Under the pieces are notes generated by a model. The model was not told the DNA's origin. It saw only the letters and a list, made by a program, of their open reading frames with translations, and did no database searches. This document shows, in pieces, positions 31,901 through 42,913 of a stretch of 50,194 nucleotides of DNA (its first letter is position 1; each line of letters begins with the position of its first letter). A program made the translations under genes and the position numbers. Where the stretch lies: assembly GCA_015486965.1 (NCBI GenBank), contig WFQQ01000011.1, positions 1 to 50,194 of the forward strand. Direction: 5' to 3'. Source of the DNA: Desulfurellaceae bacterium (GTDB taxonomy: Bacteria > Campylobacterota_A > Desulfurellia > Desulfurellales > Hippeaceae).

Positions 31901-32425
31901 GAAAGAAGCGGTATAGAGCCTATACCAGTTTCCATAAATATTTCGCCTGAAAGCTTCTCAAAGCAGGATTATATTCGCTCTATGATAGATAAAGTTAAAG
32001 AGGAGAGTGTTAAACCTGGTCTTATAAGTGTGGAGATTGTGGAGCGTCTCTTTATCAAAGACCTTGAGGGCTCTAAAAAGATTTTGAATAATCTAAAGGA
32101 GTCTGGTGTTAAAATAGCAATAGATGACTTCGGTACAGGATATTCATCCCTCTCATACATTTCAACACTCCCCATAGACTTTGTGAAAATTGACATCTCA
32201 TTTGTTAGAAAGATGCTTGAGGATAGCACAACAAAAGCTGTGGTAAAAACGATAATTTCACTTTGCAAAGATATCGGAATTAAGACTATAGCGGAAGGTG
32301 TTGAAAACAAAAAACAGTTGGATATGTTAAAAGGGTTTGGATGTGATTATGTTCAAGGTTTCCTGTTTTACAAACCACTTCCTGAGGATGAGTTCGATAA
32401 GCTTTTAAAGGTTAGGAGCAGTTAA
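28982..32425 (+). CDS. PAS-GAF-PAS-GAF-PAS-GGDEF(degenerate)-EAL protein, likely c-di-GMP phosphodiesterase
   Basis: Three PAS/PAC units, two GAF-like units, DPLTGL, ESDKF in place of GGDEF, YQP, EAL, DDFGTGYSS, KID, AEGVE, QGF. Confidence 0.9.
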   Translation: MSYLGVDFFEVLKNSRLLGIYIYQDGGEIVYANEAFLKMLDYSEDEIIHKLKVQEIIEGKNRSLALQNIERRLKGDEFSCEYRELYYRNKRGFLKLTLNFAYTITFQEKPAGLVFVVDITKSKVFERCYEILTELNQVVVRGEAGDDILENVCRIIYNHLDFHVVVLGNIDEKTKLFKPILVLGDGNLKEYFEKLKISVDESVPEGRGTVGRAYRTKDIAVSDNVFRDSGMAAWREAQKKFGVYSACSIPIIKKGVVEYIIILYSRIAGIFSGEYLSLLKEIQTDIIFALEKIESEKELNMLNEALRNSVNWVVISDEEGRILDVNRAVEEISGYKREELIGKNPRIFKSGYHTKDFYKKLYSHITKGEQFRCTFVNRRKDGSLFYLDCVIIPIVENGRVVRYIDISRDITDRVLAENRLKKMSNMFKTLYSINQLLLKTETENEVLDKLPKIIVEDLGFELAFLVDVKSEREIQIKRYEVKKNKYVAIFLLIKKILGKLPRGVLPPFVKSAKNKRIYIVNDILMTEKFKLFHKIARIFNFNAGFSMPIIKDEKVLAVLVGVTSQPHFFDRDIFKLLEQVKLDISYFLEKLETEKWYELFANAINKGFDFVVVTDDKFRILYVNDNVVKMSGYSKEELIGKHHSIFSSKTHSKSFTRQFYETLESGKTFSGVIVYRVKDSRFVKALMNITPYKCKDGKAYYIATGRDITSSFELQRAIEESLAKDPLTGLITRNEFLKSLKQFIDRASYEGLFGAVVVLNPIKFSAINHAYGFETGNKLLVKIAERLKKYFRRFDVVAKLESDKFGIIIKDIRSEEDIYSILSRLIEYVSRAYIVDGKKITLSFNVGVSVFPKDSKDATGLLEKAEMALMSVKNKEESLGFYKEEFKRRAKRIIELKTEVSEALENREFLLYYQPYLDVDSGNIAGAEALIRWRRKGKIVPPLEFIPYLEETGIITRVEEWIVKEVARKQKEWERSGIEPIPVSINISPESFSKQDYIRSMIDKVKEESVKPGLISVEIVERLFIKDLEGSKKILNNLKESGVKIAIDDFGTGYSSLSYISTLPIDFVKIDISFVRKMLEDSTTKAVVKTIISLCKDIGIKTIAEGVENKKQLDMLKGFGCDYVQGFLFYKPLPEDEFDKLLKVRSS

Positions 32426-32428
32426 AAG

Positions 32429-32450
32429 CTGTTTAATAAAACTTAAACAG
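32429..32450. terminator. inverted repeat after the EAL gene (terminator or operator)
   Basis: CTGTTTAA-TAAAAC-TTAAACAG directly abutting the next -35 box. Confidence 0.4.
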
Positions 32451-32479
32451 TTGACAGCAGTGCTACCATAGTTTACAAT
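32451..32479 (+). promoter_or_regulatory. near-consensus sigma70 promoter
   Basis: TTGACA-N17-TACAAT followed by RBS AGGAGG. Confidence 0.8.
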
Positions 32480-32499
32480 CCAGAACTACAGGAGGAGGG

Positions 32500-33345
32500 A
32501 TGCCAAGGTTTCTTTTGATAATTTTCTTGAGCTTTTTCTTATACTCTTGTGCCTTCGATAACTCTCCCCTTATCAAACGGATGGATCTCCTTGAGCAAAA
32601 GATAAGCTTCAACTCACAGAGAATCCAGAATAATTCAAAAAGGATAGATGAAAATGAAAGGAAGATAACCTCAATAGAAAGTCAAATCGAAAAGATAAAG
32701 AAAAGGCTTGCTAAGGAGAGAGCACAGAATAACTTTCTTACACAGATTCCACCTGCAACTGTTATCGATAATTTAACGAAAAGTGAGAGTTCAAGTGTGA
32801 AAAGCGCAGATAGCAGTGTTGTTAAAAGTGTAAAGCTAAAAAGAGCTGTTATAGATAGCAAAGAGACGCAAAAAGGTTTATCTCAAAAAGATTCTCACCC
32901 CAAAATATCCAAGCAAAACCTTAAGGTTGATAACTCGACAACCAAAGAAACTAAAAGAGTATATTCACCAGATAAACTTTATAAAAAGGCGCTTTCCTTT
33001 TATTTTAAAGGTAATTACGATAATGCAGAGAAACTATTTGAACAGTTTTTAAACACTTTTGATAAAGATAACCCTCTGTATGACAATGCCATGTACTGGC
33101 TTGCTTACTGTTATATCCATAAAGGAGAGAATGAAAAAGCTATTAAGCTTCTTAACAGATTGATAGATGAGTTTCCCTACTCCTCTCTGGATAAGGGCGG
33201 TAAAACAGATGCAGCTATTTTTACTCTCATCAAGTTGTATAAAAAGATGGGTAATATCTCAAAAACCCAGCACTACAGAGAGCTTTTAATTAAAAGGTTT
33301 CCTTACAGTAAATATGCTGGCTATTTAAAAAGGAGGTCGGGCTGA
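32500..33345 (+). CDS. lipoprotein with coiled coil and TPR (CpoB/YbgF-like)
   Basis: Lipobox LYSC, N-terminal coiled coil, low-complexity linker, TPR (LYKKAL..Y, NAMYWLA..Y, FPYS). Confidence 0.72.
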   Translation: MPRFLLIIFLSFFLYSCAFDNSPLIKRMDLLEQKISFNSQRIQNNSKRIDENERKITSIESQIEKIKKRLAKERAQNNFLTQIPPATVIDNLTKSESSSVKSADSSVVKSVKLKRAVIDSKETQKGLSQKDSHPKISKQNLKVDNSTTKETKRVYSPDKLYKKALSFYFKGNYDNAEKLFEQFLNTFDKDNPLYDNAMYWLAYCYIHKGENEKAIKLLNRLIDEFPYSSLDKGGKTDAAIFTLIKLYKKMGNISKTQHYRELLIKRFPYSKYAGYLKRRSG

Positions 33346-34298
33346 TGAAGAAGCTTGTAATAGCCCTTATTTTTGTATTTCTCTCCATAAACTCATTTGC
33401 AATTGGAGAGCTTTACATAGTTAAACCGCACGATACACTGTGGGATATATCAAAGAAGTTTTATAAAAATCCGTTTTATTGGGGTAAGATATGGAAGAAC
33501 AACCAGTACATAAACGACCCCAATCTGATATTCCCTGGAGAGATTTTGAGGGTTGGAAAGCATGGTCTTGAGATATATTCTTCTTCTAAAAAAAAGGTCA
33601 AAACTCACCACTATGAGAAATATCTATCCGCCGTCTGGTTCGATGGCATAAGGTTCTTCTCTGCTTGTGGAAAGGGGTACTGCAGCTGGTTTAAGAAAGA
33701 TTTTGAGATTGCGAAGATTAGCTTTGACACCTATGAGCACTCGGCGGTAACAATTGGTGATACTGTTTATCTTCACACTAAAAAAAGCTACCTACCCAAG
33801 ATTGTTTATGTTTATCGAAGTTTTAAAGACCGTATGTACACAAAACTCTGTCCTCCCGAATATGAGATTTTCATTCCAATCGGTGTTATTGTTGTTGAGA
33901 AAAAGTTAAAGAAAGGTGTGTTTGAAGGGAAGATTATCAAGGCAGCTGGAGAGATAGAAGAGAGTGATGTGGTGAGTAGCGTATATCCCTATGAGGTTAT
34001 TGAAAAGAGTGAATCTGTAAAAGTGGGAAATGAGAAGGTTAACATTATCATGCTTGTGCAGGATGAACTTGAGGGGGGCTTGGGTTATTTTATCTTCTTT
34101 AAAGCATCTAAACCCTTACCGCTTTTAGCGGGTAAAGAGGTGAAGGTGGCAAGGATAAACAGTGGTTCACCCATTCCCATAACTATTGCCAAAGGTGTTG
34201 TTGTCAGTCAGTATAAAAGCTATATTGGTCTTTATGTGCCTATAATTAACGGTTTGTATGATATACCTGATAGAACTCAACAATACATTCTGAGGTGA
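33345..34298 (+). CDS. exported LysM protein (TsaP-like)
   Basis: Signal peptide; YIVKPHDTLWDIS..F..NP..W..IW..N..I.DPNLIFPG LysM motif. Confidence 0.8.
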   Translation: MKKLVIALIFVFLSINSFAIGELYIVKPHDTLWDISKKFYKNPFYWGKIWKNNQYINDPNLIFPGEILRVGKHGLEIYSSSKKKVKTHHYEKYLSAVWFDGIRFFSACGKGYCSWFKKDFEIAKISFDTYEHSAVTIGDTVYLHTKKSYLPKIVYVYRSFKDRMYTKLCPPEYEIFIPIGVIVVEKKLKKGVFEGKIIKAAGEIEESDVVSSVYPYEVIEKSESVKVGNEKVNIIMLVQDELEGGLGYFIFFKASKPLPLLAGKEVKVARINSGSPIPITIAKGVVVSQYKSYIGLYVPIINGLYDIPDRTQQYILR

Positions 34299-34304
34299 TG
34301 GGTT

Positions 34305-35732
34305 ATGCTGAAGGTTTATAACACTGCTTCACGCTCTCTGGAAGAGTTTAAGCCTATTAATCAAAACAGGGTTGGTATGTATGTATGCGGCGTTACCGTG
34401 TACGATTACTGTCATATTGGACATGGCCGCAGCGGTGTTGTTTTTGATGTTATATACCGCTATTTGAGGTTCAAGGGATATGATGTTGTTTTTGTTAAGA
34501 ACTTCACAGATGTGGATGACAAGATTATTAAGAGAGCCAACGAGGAAGGTGTTAGCTGTGAGGATATAGCATCCAAATATATAGAAGAGTATTACAAGGA
34601 TATGGATAAACTCAATATATTAAGGCCAACCCATGAGCCCAAGGCGACAGAGCATATTGATGACATAATAAAGCTTGTTCGGAGGCTTATTGATAAAAGA
34701 TATGCCTATGAGGTGGATGGGGATGTTTACTATAGTGTGGAGAAGTTTAAAGAGTATGGGAAACTATCTCATAAAAACATAGAGGAGCTCAGAAGTGGGG
34801 CAAGGGTTGAGATTAACGATAAGAAGAAAAACCCTCTCGATTTTGCCCTCTGGAAAAAATCTAAGGAGGGAGAGCCGTGGTGGGAATCCCCCTGGGGAAA
34901 GGGGAGACCCGGATGGCATATAGAGTGTTCAGCAATGAGCATGAAGTATCTAGGTGAATCTTTTGATATACACGGTGGCGGGGAGGATCTAATTTTTCCA
35001 CACCATGAAAACGAGATAGCCCAAAGTGAGGCAGCTACAGGAAAGCCGTTTGCGAGATACTGGATACACAACGGATTTGTTAGAATAAACAAAGAGAAGA
35101 TGAGCAAGTCTTTGGGTAATTTTTTTACCTTGAGGGATGTTCTCAGGCAATACAACGGGGAGACAGTTAGGTACTTTTTGCTCTTAACCCACTATAGGAG
35201 CCCTATAGACTTCTCTTTTGAGAGTCTTGATGCGGCCAAAGAGGCTTTGAATAGGTATTACAACTTTGTCCAGAGGCTTGAGAGTACAAGTTTTGATAGG
35301 AATGGTGTGAAGGATGAAAAGTTGGATAGCCTGCTTAGTTCATTCTTGGATAGATTTGAAGAGGCTATGGATGATGATTTCAACACCTCAAAGGCTTCAG
35401 GTGAGGTATTTTTAACAATTAAGGGTTTTAATCAATATCTTGACAGTGTGGAGAGGGGAAACAGCAGGGCTTTTTCGGGTTATAAAGAGAAGTTTTTGGA
35501 TAGCATGAATAAGATTTCATCTGTATTGGGCGTGTTCGGTACATCATCTGCTGATTGGTTTATTCCAGAAGGCATCGATGTTGAGTGGGTTAAGAAAAAA
35601 ATAGAAGAGAGGGCTTTAGCACGAAAGAGAAAGGACTTTGAAACTGCAGATAAAATCAGAGATGAGCTGTTAAAGAGAGGCATTATCCTTGAGGATGCAA
35701 GGGATTACACAAGATGGAAAGTCAAAAGATAG
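34305..35732 (+). CDS. cysS: cysteine--tRNA ligase
   Basis: YVCGVTVY, HIGH, GRPGWHIECS, FPHHENE, KMSKS. Confidence 0.98.
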   Translation: MLKVYNTASRSLEEFKPINQNRVGMYVCGVTVYDYCHIGHGRSGVVFDVIYRYLRFKGYDVVFVKNFTDVDDKIIKRANEEGVSCEDIASKYIEEYYKDMDKLNILRPTHEPKATEHIDDIIKLVRRLIDKRYAYEVDGDVYYSVEKFKEYGKLSHKNIEELRSGARVEINDKKKNPLDFALWKKSKEGEPWWESPWGKGRPGWHIECSAMSMKYLGESFDIHGGGEDLIFPHHENEIAQSEAATGKPFARYWIHNGFVRINKEKMSKSLGNFFTLRDVLRQYNGETVRYFLLLTHYRSPIDFSFESLDAAKEALNRYYNFVQRLESTSFDRNGVKDEKLDSLLSSFLDRFEEAMDDDFNTSKASGEVFLTIKGFNQYLDSVERGNSRAFSGYKEKFLDSMNKISSVLGVFGTSSADWFIPEGIDVEWVKKKIEERALARKRKDFETADKIRDELLKRGIILEDARDYTRWKVKR

Positions 35733-36580
35733 ACGAACAACAGAAAATTTTAATTGATGATGATATAGATAGTTCGGAAAGCAGTGCGCTCTCTTCATAT
35801 CTTAAGGAGATTTCAGAGATTCCTGTTTTGTCCCAGGATGAGGAGCGTGAGCTTGGCTATAGGATAAAAAAAGGGGATAAAGAGGCTTTAAAAAAACTTG
35901 TAAAGCACAACTTGAGGTTTGTTGTAAGCGTTGCCAAAAAGTATAAGAATCTTGGTATATCGCTTATGGATTTAATAAATGAGGGTAACTTGGGTCTCAT
36001 AAGGGCTGCTAAAAAATTTGATCCCGATAAGGATGTCAAGTTTATCTCGTACGCTGCGTGGTGGATTAAACAGTCTATTATGAAGTATATTACGGAGCAG
36101 AGTGCCCCTATAAAGATACCTTTAAAGGCAAAAAACAGACTTCAAAAGCTGGATAGTCTGAAAGATGAATATAAAAAGGCATTCAATGAAGAGCCGTTGG
36201 ATGAGGAACTTATGGATATGGCAGACTTGAGCGAAAGGGTTTTGAAGAATACGGAGTTTACGAGGTTTAAATTTGAGTCTTTAGATGACTATGTGGGAGA
36301 GGATAAAGATATAGCTTTGGGGGACCTGATCAGTGATAATGAGGAGTCTATAGAAGAGAGGCATATTAGAGAGTCATTGATTGAAGAGGTAAATAAATGC
36401 CTTGATGAGCTACCAGAGAGGGAGAGGGATATTATTAAATTGAGGTATGGGCTTTACGATGGAAAACCGAGAACCCTCCGTGAGATTGGTGAGAAGTACG
36501 GTATTAGTAAGGAGAGAGTCAGGCAGCTTGAAAATAATATTCTCAATAAGCTAAAAAAGAGGCTAAAGGGTTTTAGATGA
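35714..36580 (+). CDS. sigma70-family RNA polymerase sigma factor lacking region 1.1 (group 2/RpoS-like or alternative)
   Basis: Region 1.2 YLKEI, NLRFVVSVAKKY, DLINEGNLGL, KFISYAAWWIKQ, TLREIG...SKERVRQLE; 288 aa. Confidence 0.88.
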   Translation: MESQKIDEQQKILIDDDIDSSESSALSSYLKEISEIPVLSQDEERELGYRIKKGDKEALKKLVKHNLRFVVSVAKKYKNLGISLMDLINEGNLGLIRAAKKFDPDKDVKFISYAAWWIKQSIMKYITEQSAPIKIPLKAKNRLQKLDSLKDEYKKAFNEEPLDEELMDMADLSERVLKNTEFTRFKFESLDDYVGEDKDIALGDLISDNEESIEERHIRESLIEEVNKCLDELPERERDIIKLRYGLYDGKPRTLREIGEKYGISKERVRQLENNILNKLKKRLKGFR

Positions 36581-37194
36581 ACCCTTATGAGGTTTTGGGT
36601 GTCAGCGCTGGTGTAACAGAGAGTGAGTTGAGAAAGGCATTTCTTGAGCTTGCTAAAAAGTTCCATCCAGATATGGCTGTTGACGAAGCAGATAGAAGAG
36701 AGAAAGAGGAGAGGTTTAAAGAGATAACTTACGCTTATAATGTTCTGAAGAAAAGTATTTCTGTCAGTTTTTCTGCAAATAGATCTGAGCAGAACAGCAA
36801 GAATAATGACATAAAGTGGGATGTTAACTTTTTGAAGAAAAAAGCCCACTCATATATAAACAAAGGCGACTACAATTCCGCTATAGATGTTCTTAGGATT
36901 ATTGACAATCCCGATTACGAAATAAATATGCTTTTGGGTATTGCACATTTTAGGAAAAAGCAGCTACACCTTGCATCTGAGTTTTTCAAAAGAGCTCATG
37001 AGCAGAACCCTTGGAAGTCTGAAGCTTTGGCTTATCTCGGTGAGGTTTACCGCTCCATAGGTTTAAACAAGTCTGCGGCTAAATATTATAGGGATGCTTT
37101 AAGCATCGACTCCAACAACAAGATGGCTTTGAAGGGACTTGAGAAGCTTGAAAAGAGCGGATTCTCTATAAAATCATTTTTTAAAAAAGGATAG
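36577..37194 (+). CDS. J-domain (DnaJ) plus TPR protein
   Basis: NPYEVLGV, HPD, FKEITYAY; C-terminal TPR repeats. Confidence 0.85.
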   Translation: MNPYEVLGVSAGVTESELRKAFLELAKKFHPDMAVDEADRREKEERFKEITYAYNVLKKSISVSFSANRSEQNSKNNDIKWDVNFLKKKAHSYINKGDYNSAIDVLRIIDNPDYEINMLLGIAHFRKKQLHLASEFFKRAHEQNPWKSEALAYLGEVYRSIGLNKSAAKYYRDALSIDSNNKMALKGLEKLEKSGFSIKSFFKKG

Positions 37195-37196
37195 TT

Positions 37197-37643
37197 TTGC
37201 TTAAGGTAAACTATAAAGAACAGATAAAGAAGATACTCTCTCTTGATGATCCTCCAGAGAAGATCGCCCTCTCTTTTTCGGTTGGTGTTTTTATATCCAT
37301 ATCTCCATTCTTTGGTTTTCACACTATTCTTGCCCTTGCCTTTTCATTTCTTTTCAGGCTCAATAAGGTGGCTACAGTAACAGGCTCGTGGATGAACAAC
37401 CCGTGGACAATGGCACCTGTTTATTATATAGATTACAAAATTGGTTCTCTAATTATGGGACATGATATTGAGTTTGATTTGAAACCTTTTACTCTACAGC
37501 ACTATTTGAATGGCGGAAAGGATGTCTTTTTTGATATACTTGTTGGCAGCGTAGTTTTTGGGATTTTTGTTTCAACTTTAACCTATTTTGTACTAAAAAC
37601 TATTCTAAAGAAAAGGAGAAGCCATGTTTCCAATCAAGGATGA
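37197..37643 (+). CDS. DUF2062 membrane protein
   Basis: PEKIALSFSVGVF, P.FG.H, RLN, NNPWT..P.Y. Confidence 0.82.
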   Translation: MLKVNYKEQIKKILSLDDPPEKIALSFSVGVFISISPFFGFHTILALAFSFLFRLNKVATVTGSWMNNPWTMAPVYYIDYKIGSLIMGHDIEFDLKPFTLQHYLNGGKDVFFDILVGSVVFGIFVSTLTYFVLKTILKKRRSHVSNQG

Positions 37644-38282
37644 TATTCCTTCCTACTCACGGCCTGTTGTAAACTATCTTCTCATTACAATAAATGTTAT
37701 TGTGTTTTTTTATGAGTTGAGTCGTCCCAATCTAACGCTCTTCCTTTACAGACACTCTTTTATCCCCGCTCTGTTTTTTGTTAGGCATGATTACATCGAC
37801 TCTTTTGTTAGGGCTTTTAACTCCCTTTTTATCCATGGCGGTTTTATGCACATTATTGGCAATATGTGGTTTCTCTGGATCTTTGGGGATAATGTGGAAG
37901 ACAAGATGGGGCATGTTAACTATCTGATATTTTATTTAATTGGTGGAATTGTCTCCATGTTTGCCCAGGGTGTCGTAACGCCAACCTCTACCGTTCCCCT
38001 GATAGGTGCAAGTGGTGCCATTTCTGCTGTTATGGGTGCCTATTTAATGTTTTTCCCACAGGCAAGGATTTTAACCTTGGTTCCAATATTTTTCTTTATA
38101 ACTTTTTTGAGAATACCAGCATGGTTTTTTATAGTTTTTTGGTTTTTCATGCAATACTTGAACGGGATATTCTGGATGGCTTCAGCTTCAATAGGGGGGG
38201 TTGCCTGGTTTGCCCATATAGGTGGTTTTATCTACGGTGTCATTCTTGGGAGAATTCTTTATAATAGGCTTAATTACAGATT

Positions 38283-38286
<4 letters not shown>
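37624..38286 (+). CDS. rhomboid-family intramembrane serine protease
   Basis: MFPIKD, FIHGG..H..GNMWFLWIFGDNVED, GASGA, VAWFAHIGG. Confidence 0.93.
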
Positions 38287-40983
<2,697 letters not shown>

Positions 40984-41265
40984 ATGGAAAGAGAGGGTTT
41001 ATTGCTCGATCCCAAGTGGATCTCTTCCTTCTATGCGCTTGTGGCAACAGCTGTATGCACCCTTGTTTTTACCTACAAAGGCGTTGATTTTTTTAATGCT
41101 TTTATTAAGACATTCTTTACCGTTATATCTTTCTACCTATTTGGTTTAATAACGGCAGCCGCAGTTAACTTTTACTACCTGACTTTTGTTAAAAAGGAAG
41201 AAGAAGCTGAAGAGGAAACAGAATCAGAGGAGATACAGCAGGAGGAAGCTGAACAGCAGGCATGA
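40984..41265 (+). CDS. small 2-TM protein with acidic tail, FlgV-like candidate
   Basis: Two hydrophobic helices, E-rich C-terminus; ATGA overlap with fliA. Confidence 0.6.
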   Translation: MEREGLLLDPKWISSFYALVATAVCTLVFTYKGVDFFNAFIKTFFTVISFYLFGLITAAAVNFYYLTFVKKEEEAEEETESEEIQQEEAEQQA

Positions 41266-41975
41266 ACAGGGATGAGATTGTCGAGTTATACTACCCCAGA
41301 GTCAGGAGACTGGTTAAGAAACTTATAGTTAGAATGCCAGAAGGTTATGATGAGGAAGATTTTGTCCAAGTGGGCATGATGGGGCTTTTAAAGGCTTTAG
41401 ACAACTGGGATGAGAAGAGGAGCCTTTCTGAATTTAAATCCTATGCCAATACAAAGATAAAAGGGGCTATTTTAGATAAACTGAGAAGTATTGACACTGT
41501 TTCAAGGTATTCGAGAGACAAGCTGAGAAAGATCCACGAAGCGTACAAAGAACTTATGGATAGTGGTAGGTTTAATCCTACAGACGAAGAGGTGGCGGAC
41601 AGAGCTGGCATGGATATAGGTGAGTTTAATGAGCTTATATTTAAGCAATCAAACGCTACAATCCTGAGTATTGATGAAGCTATAGTTGATAGCGATGCAA
41701 TTCTACTTGAGACACTGGAGGATAAAAAAGCCAAAAGCCCCCTTGATATACTTGAAGAGGAAGAGCTCAAAGAACTGATAAAGGAAGCTTTAGAGAATTT
41801 AAGTGAGATTGAGCTCACCGTTTTGAGTCTGTATTACTATGAAGATTTTACCATGAAAGAGATTGCTTCTGTCATTGGAAAGACTGAGTCAAGAGTTTCA
41901 CAAATCAAAACAAAAGCACTGATAAAGATTAGAGCTTATATCCAGAGGAGGATTGAAGGTGAAAGAGATAGTTAA
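41262..41975 (+). CDS. fliA: flagellar sigma factor sigma28
   Basis: IKGAILDKLR..D..SR, LSLYYYEDFTMKEIA.V...ESRVSQI. Confidence 0.92.
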   Translation: MNRDEIVELYYPRVRRLVKKLIVRMPEGYDEEDFVQVGMMGLLKALDNWDEKRSLSEFKSYANTKIKGAILDKLRSIDTVSRYSRDKLRKIHEAYKELMDSGRFNPTDEEVADRAGMDIGEFNELIFKQSNATILSIDEAIVDSDAILLETLEDKKAKSPLDILEEEELKELIKEALENLSEIELTVLSLYYYEDFTMKEIASVIGKTESRVSQIKTKALIKIRAYIQRRIEGERDS

Positions 41976-42486
41976 AGGGGCATTGGAAACCATTACTAAG
42001 CTTCTCATTGTTGATGCAATCACAGCTCCAAAGAGTGTCGGTAGAGACGATGTTGTAATTGAGCTTGTGGAAAGTTCCGACTTAAAGAAGAGGCTTTTTT
42101 CTAAAATGGCGGAGATTACAGAGAGAACAGGTTTGACCTTTTATAAAAGGGATGCTTTGAATTGCGAGAGTGTCGATTTTATCATCATGATAGGGTTTAA
42201 GCTTTTCTATCACAGATTTGATTGCGGTTTTTGTGGCTTCTCATCTTGCAATGAGTGCATAGAGAAAGGAGGAGTTTGTGCAGTTTCTGCGACCGATGCA
42301 GGAATTGCCATTGGCAGCGTTGTAAAACTTGCCTCTATTTTTGGAGTTGATAATAGAATCATGATCTCTTTAGGGCAGGCAGCCAAAGAGATAGGTCTAT
42401 TTAAAGAAAAAATTGGTGGAGCCTACGGTATCCCTCTTTCGGCAACCACCAAGAATCCGTTTTTTGATAGGAAAATAAAGGTTTAG
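41953..42486 (+). CDS. DUF2148 ferredoxin-like domain protein
   Basis: TAPK, DCGFCGFSSCNEC, D.GIAIGS, VDNRIM, GIPLS...KNPFFDR. Confidence 0.82.
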   Translation: MKVKEIVKGALETITKLLIVDAITAPKSVGRDDVVIELVESSDLKKRLFSKMAEITERTGLTFYKRDALNCESVDFIIMIGFKLFYHRFDCGFCGFSSCNECIEKGGVCAVSATDAGIAIGSVVKLASIFGVDNRIMISLGQAAKEIGLFKEKIGGAYGIPLSATTKNPFFDRKIKV

Positions 42487-42677
42487 TGGACGGCTTTTTG
42501 GACTTTGTTGGCTTTTAGACACTGTGTGCAGACATATATCCTTCTTACTCTGCCATCTACATAGGCTCTAACCCTTTGAATGTTTGGATACCACTTTCTT
42601 TTTGTTCTGATGTGGGAGTGGCTAACTTTGTAACCGACCAGTGCCCTTTTGCCGCAGATTTCACATCTTCTTGCCAT
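42483..42677 (-). CDS. rpmB: 50S ribosomal protein L28 (Cys-containing form)
   Basis: MARRCEICGK, VSHSH, KRKWYPNIQ, VCTQCLK; ATG 42677 behind RBS GGAGG. Confidence 0.96.
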   Translation of the reverse strand: MARRCEICGKRALVGYKVSHSHIRTKRKWYPNIQRVRAYVDGRVRRIYVCTQCLKANKVQKAVH

Positions 42678-42848
42678 TTTCAAGACCTCCAACTGTTTTG
42701 CTCACAGCTTATACCAAAAAAACCCAAAAAACTCAATAGTTTTAAATGCTACATTGTTGAGATTTGTTTGAGAGAAATAGTTCACTGCATATTAAAGCTT
42801 TGTCTAAATACTGCTAATTATAACCTACTCTTTGTTATATGGTTAATC

Positions 42849-42877
42849 TTGACTGTGCATATTTAATTAATTACAAT
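42849..42877 (+). promoter_or_regulatory. sigma70 promoter of the ABC-AOR unit
   Basis: TTGACT-N17-TACAAT; RBS AAGGAGG at 42901-42907. Confidence 0.7.
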
Positions 42878-42913
42878 ATAAGTAATAAAATTTTAAATTG
42901 AAGGAGGCTCCAA

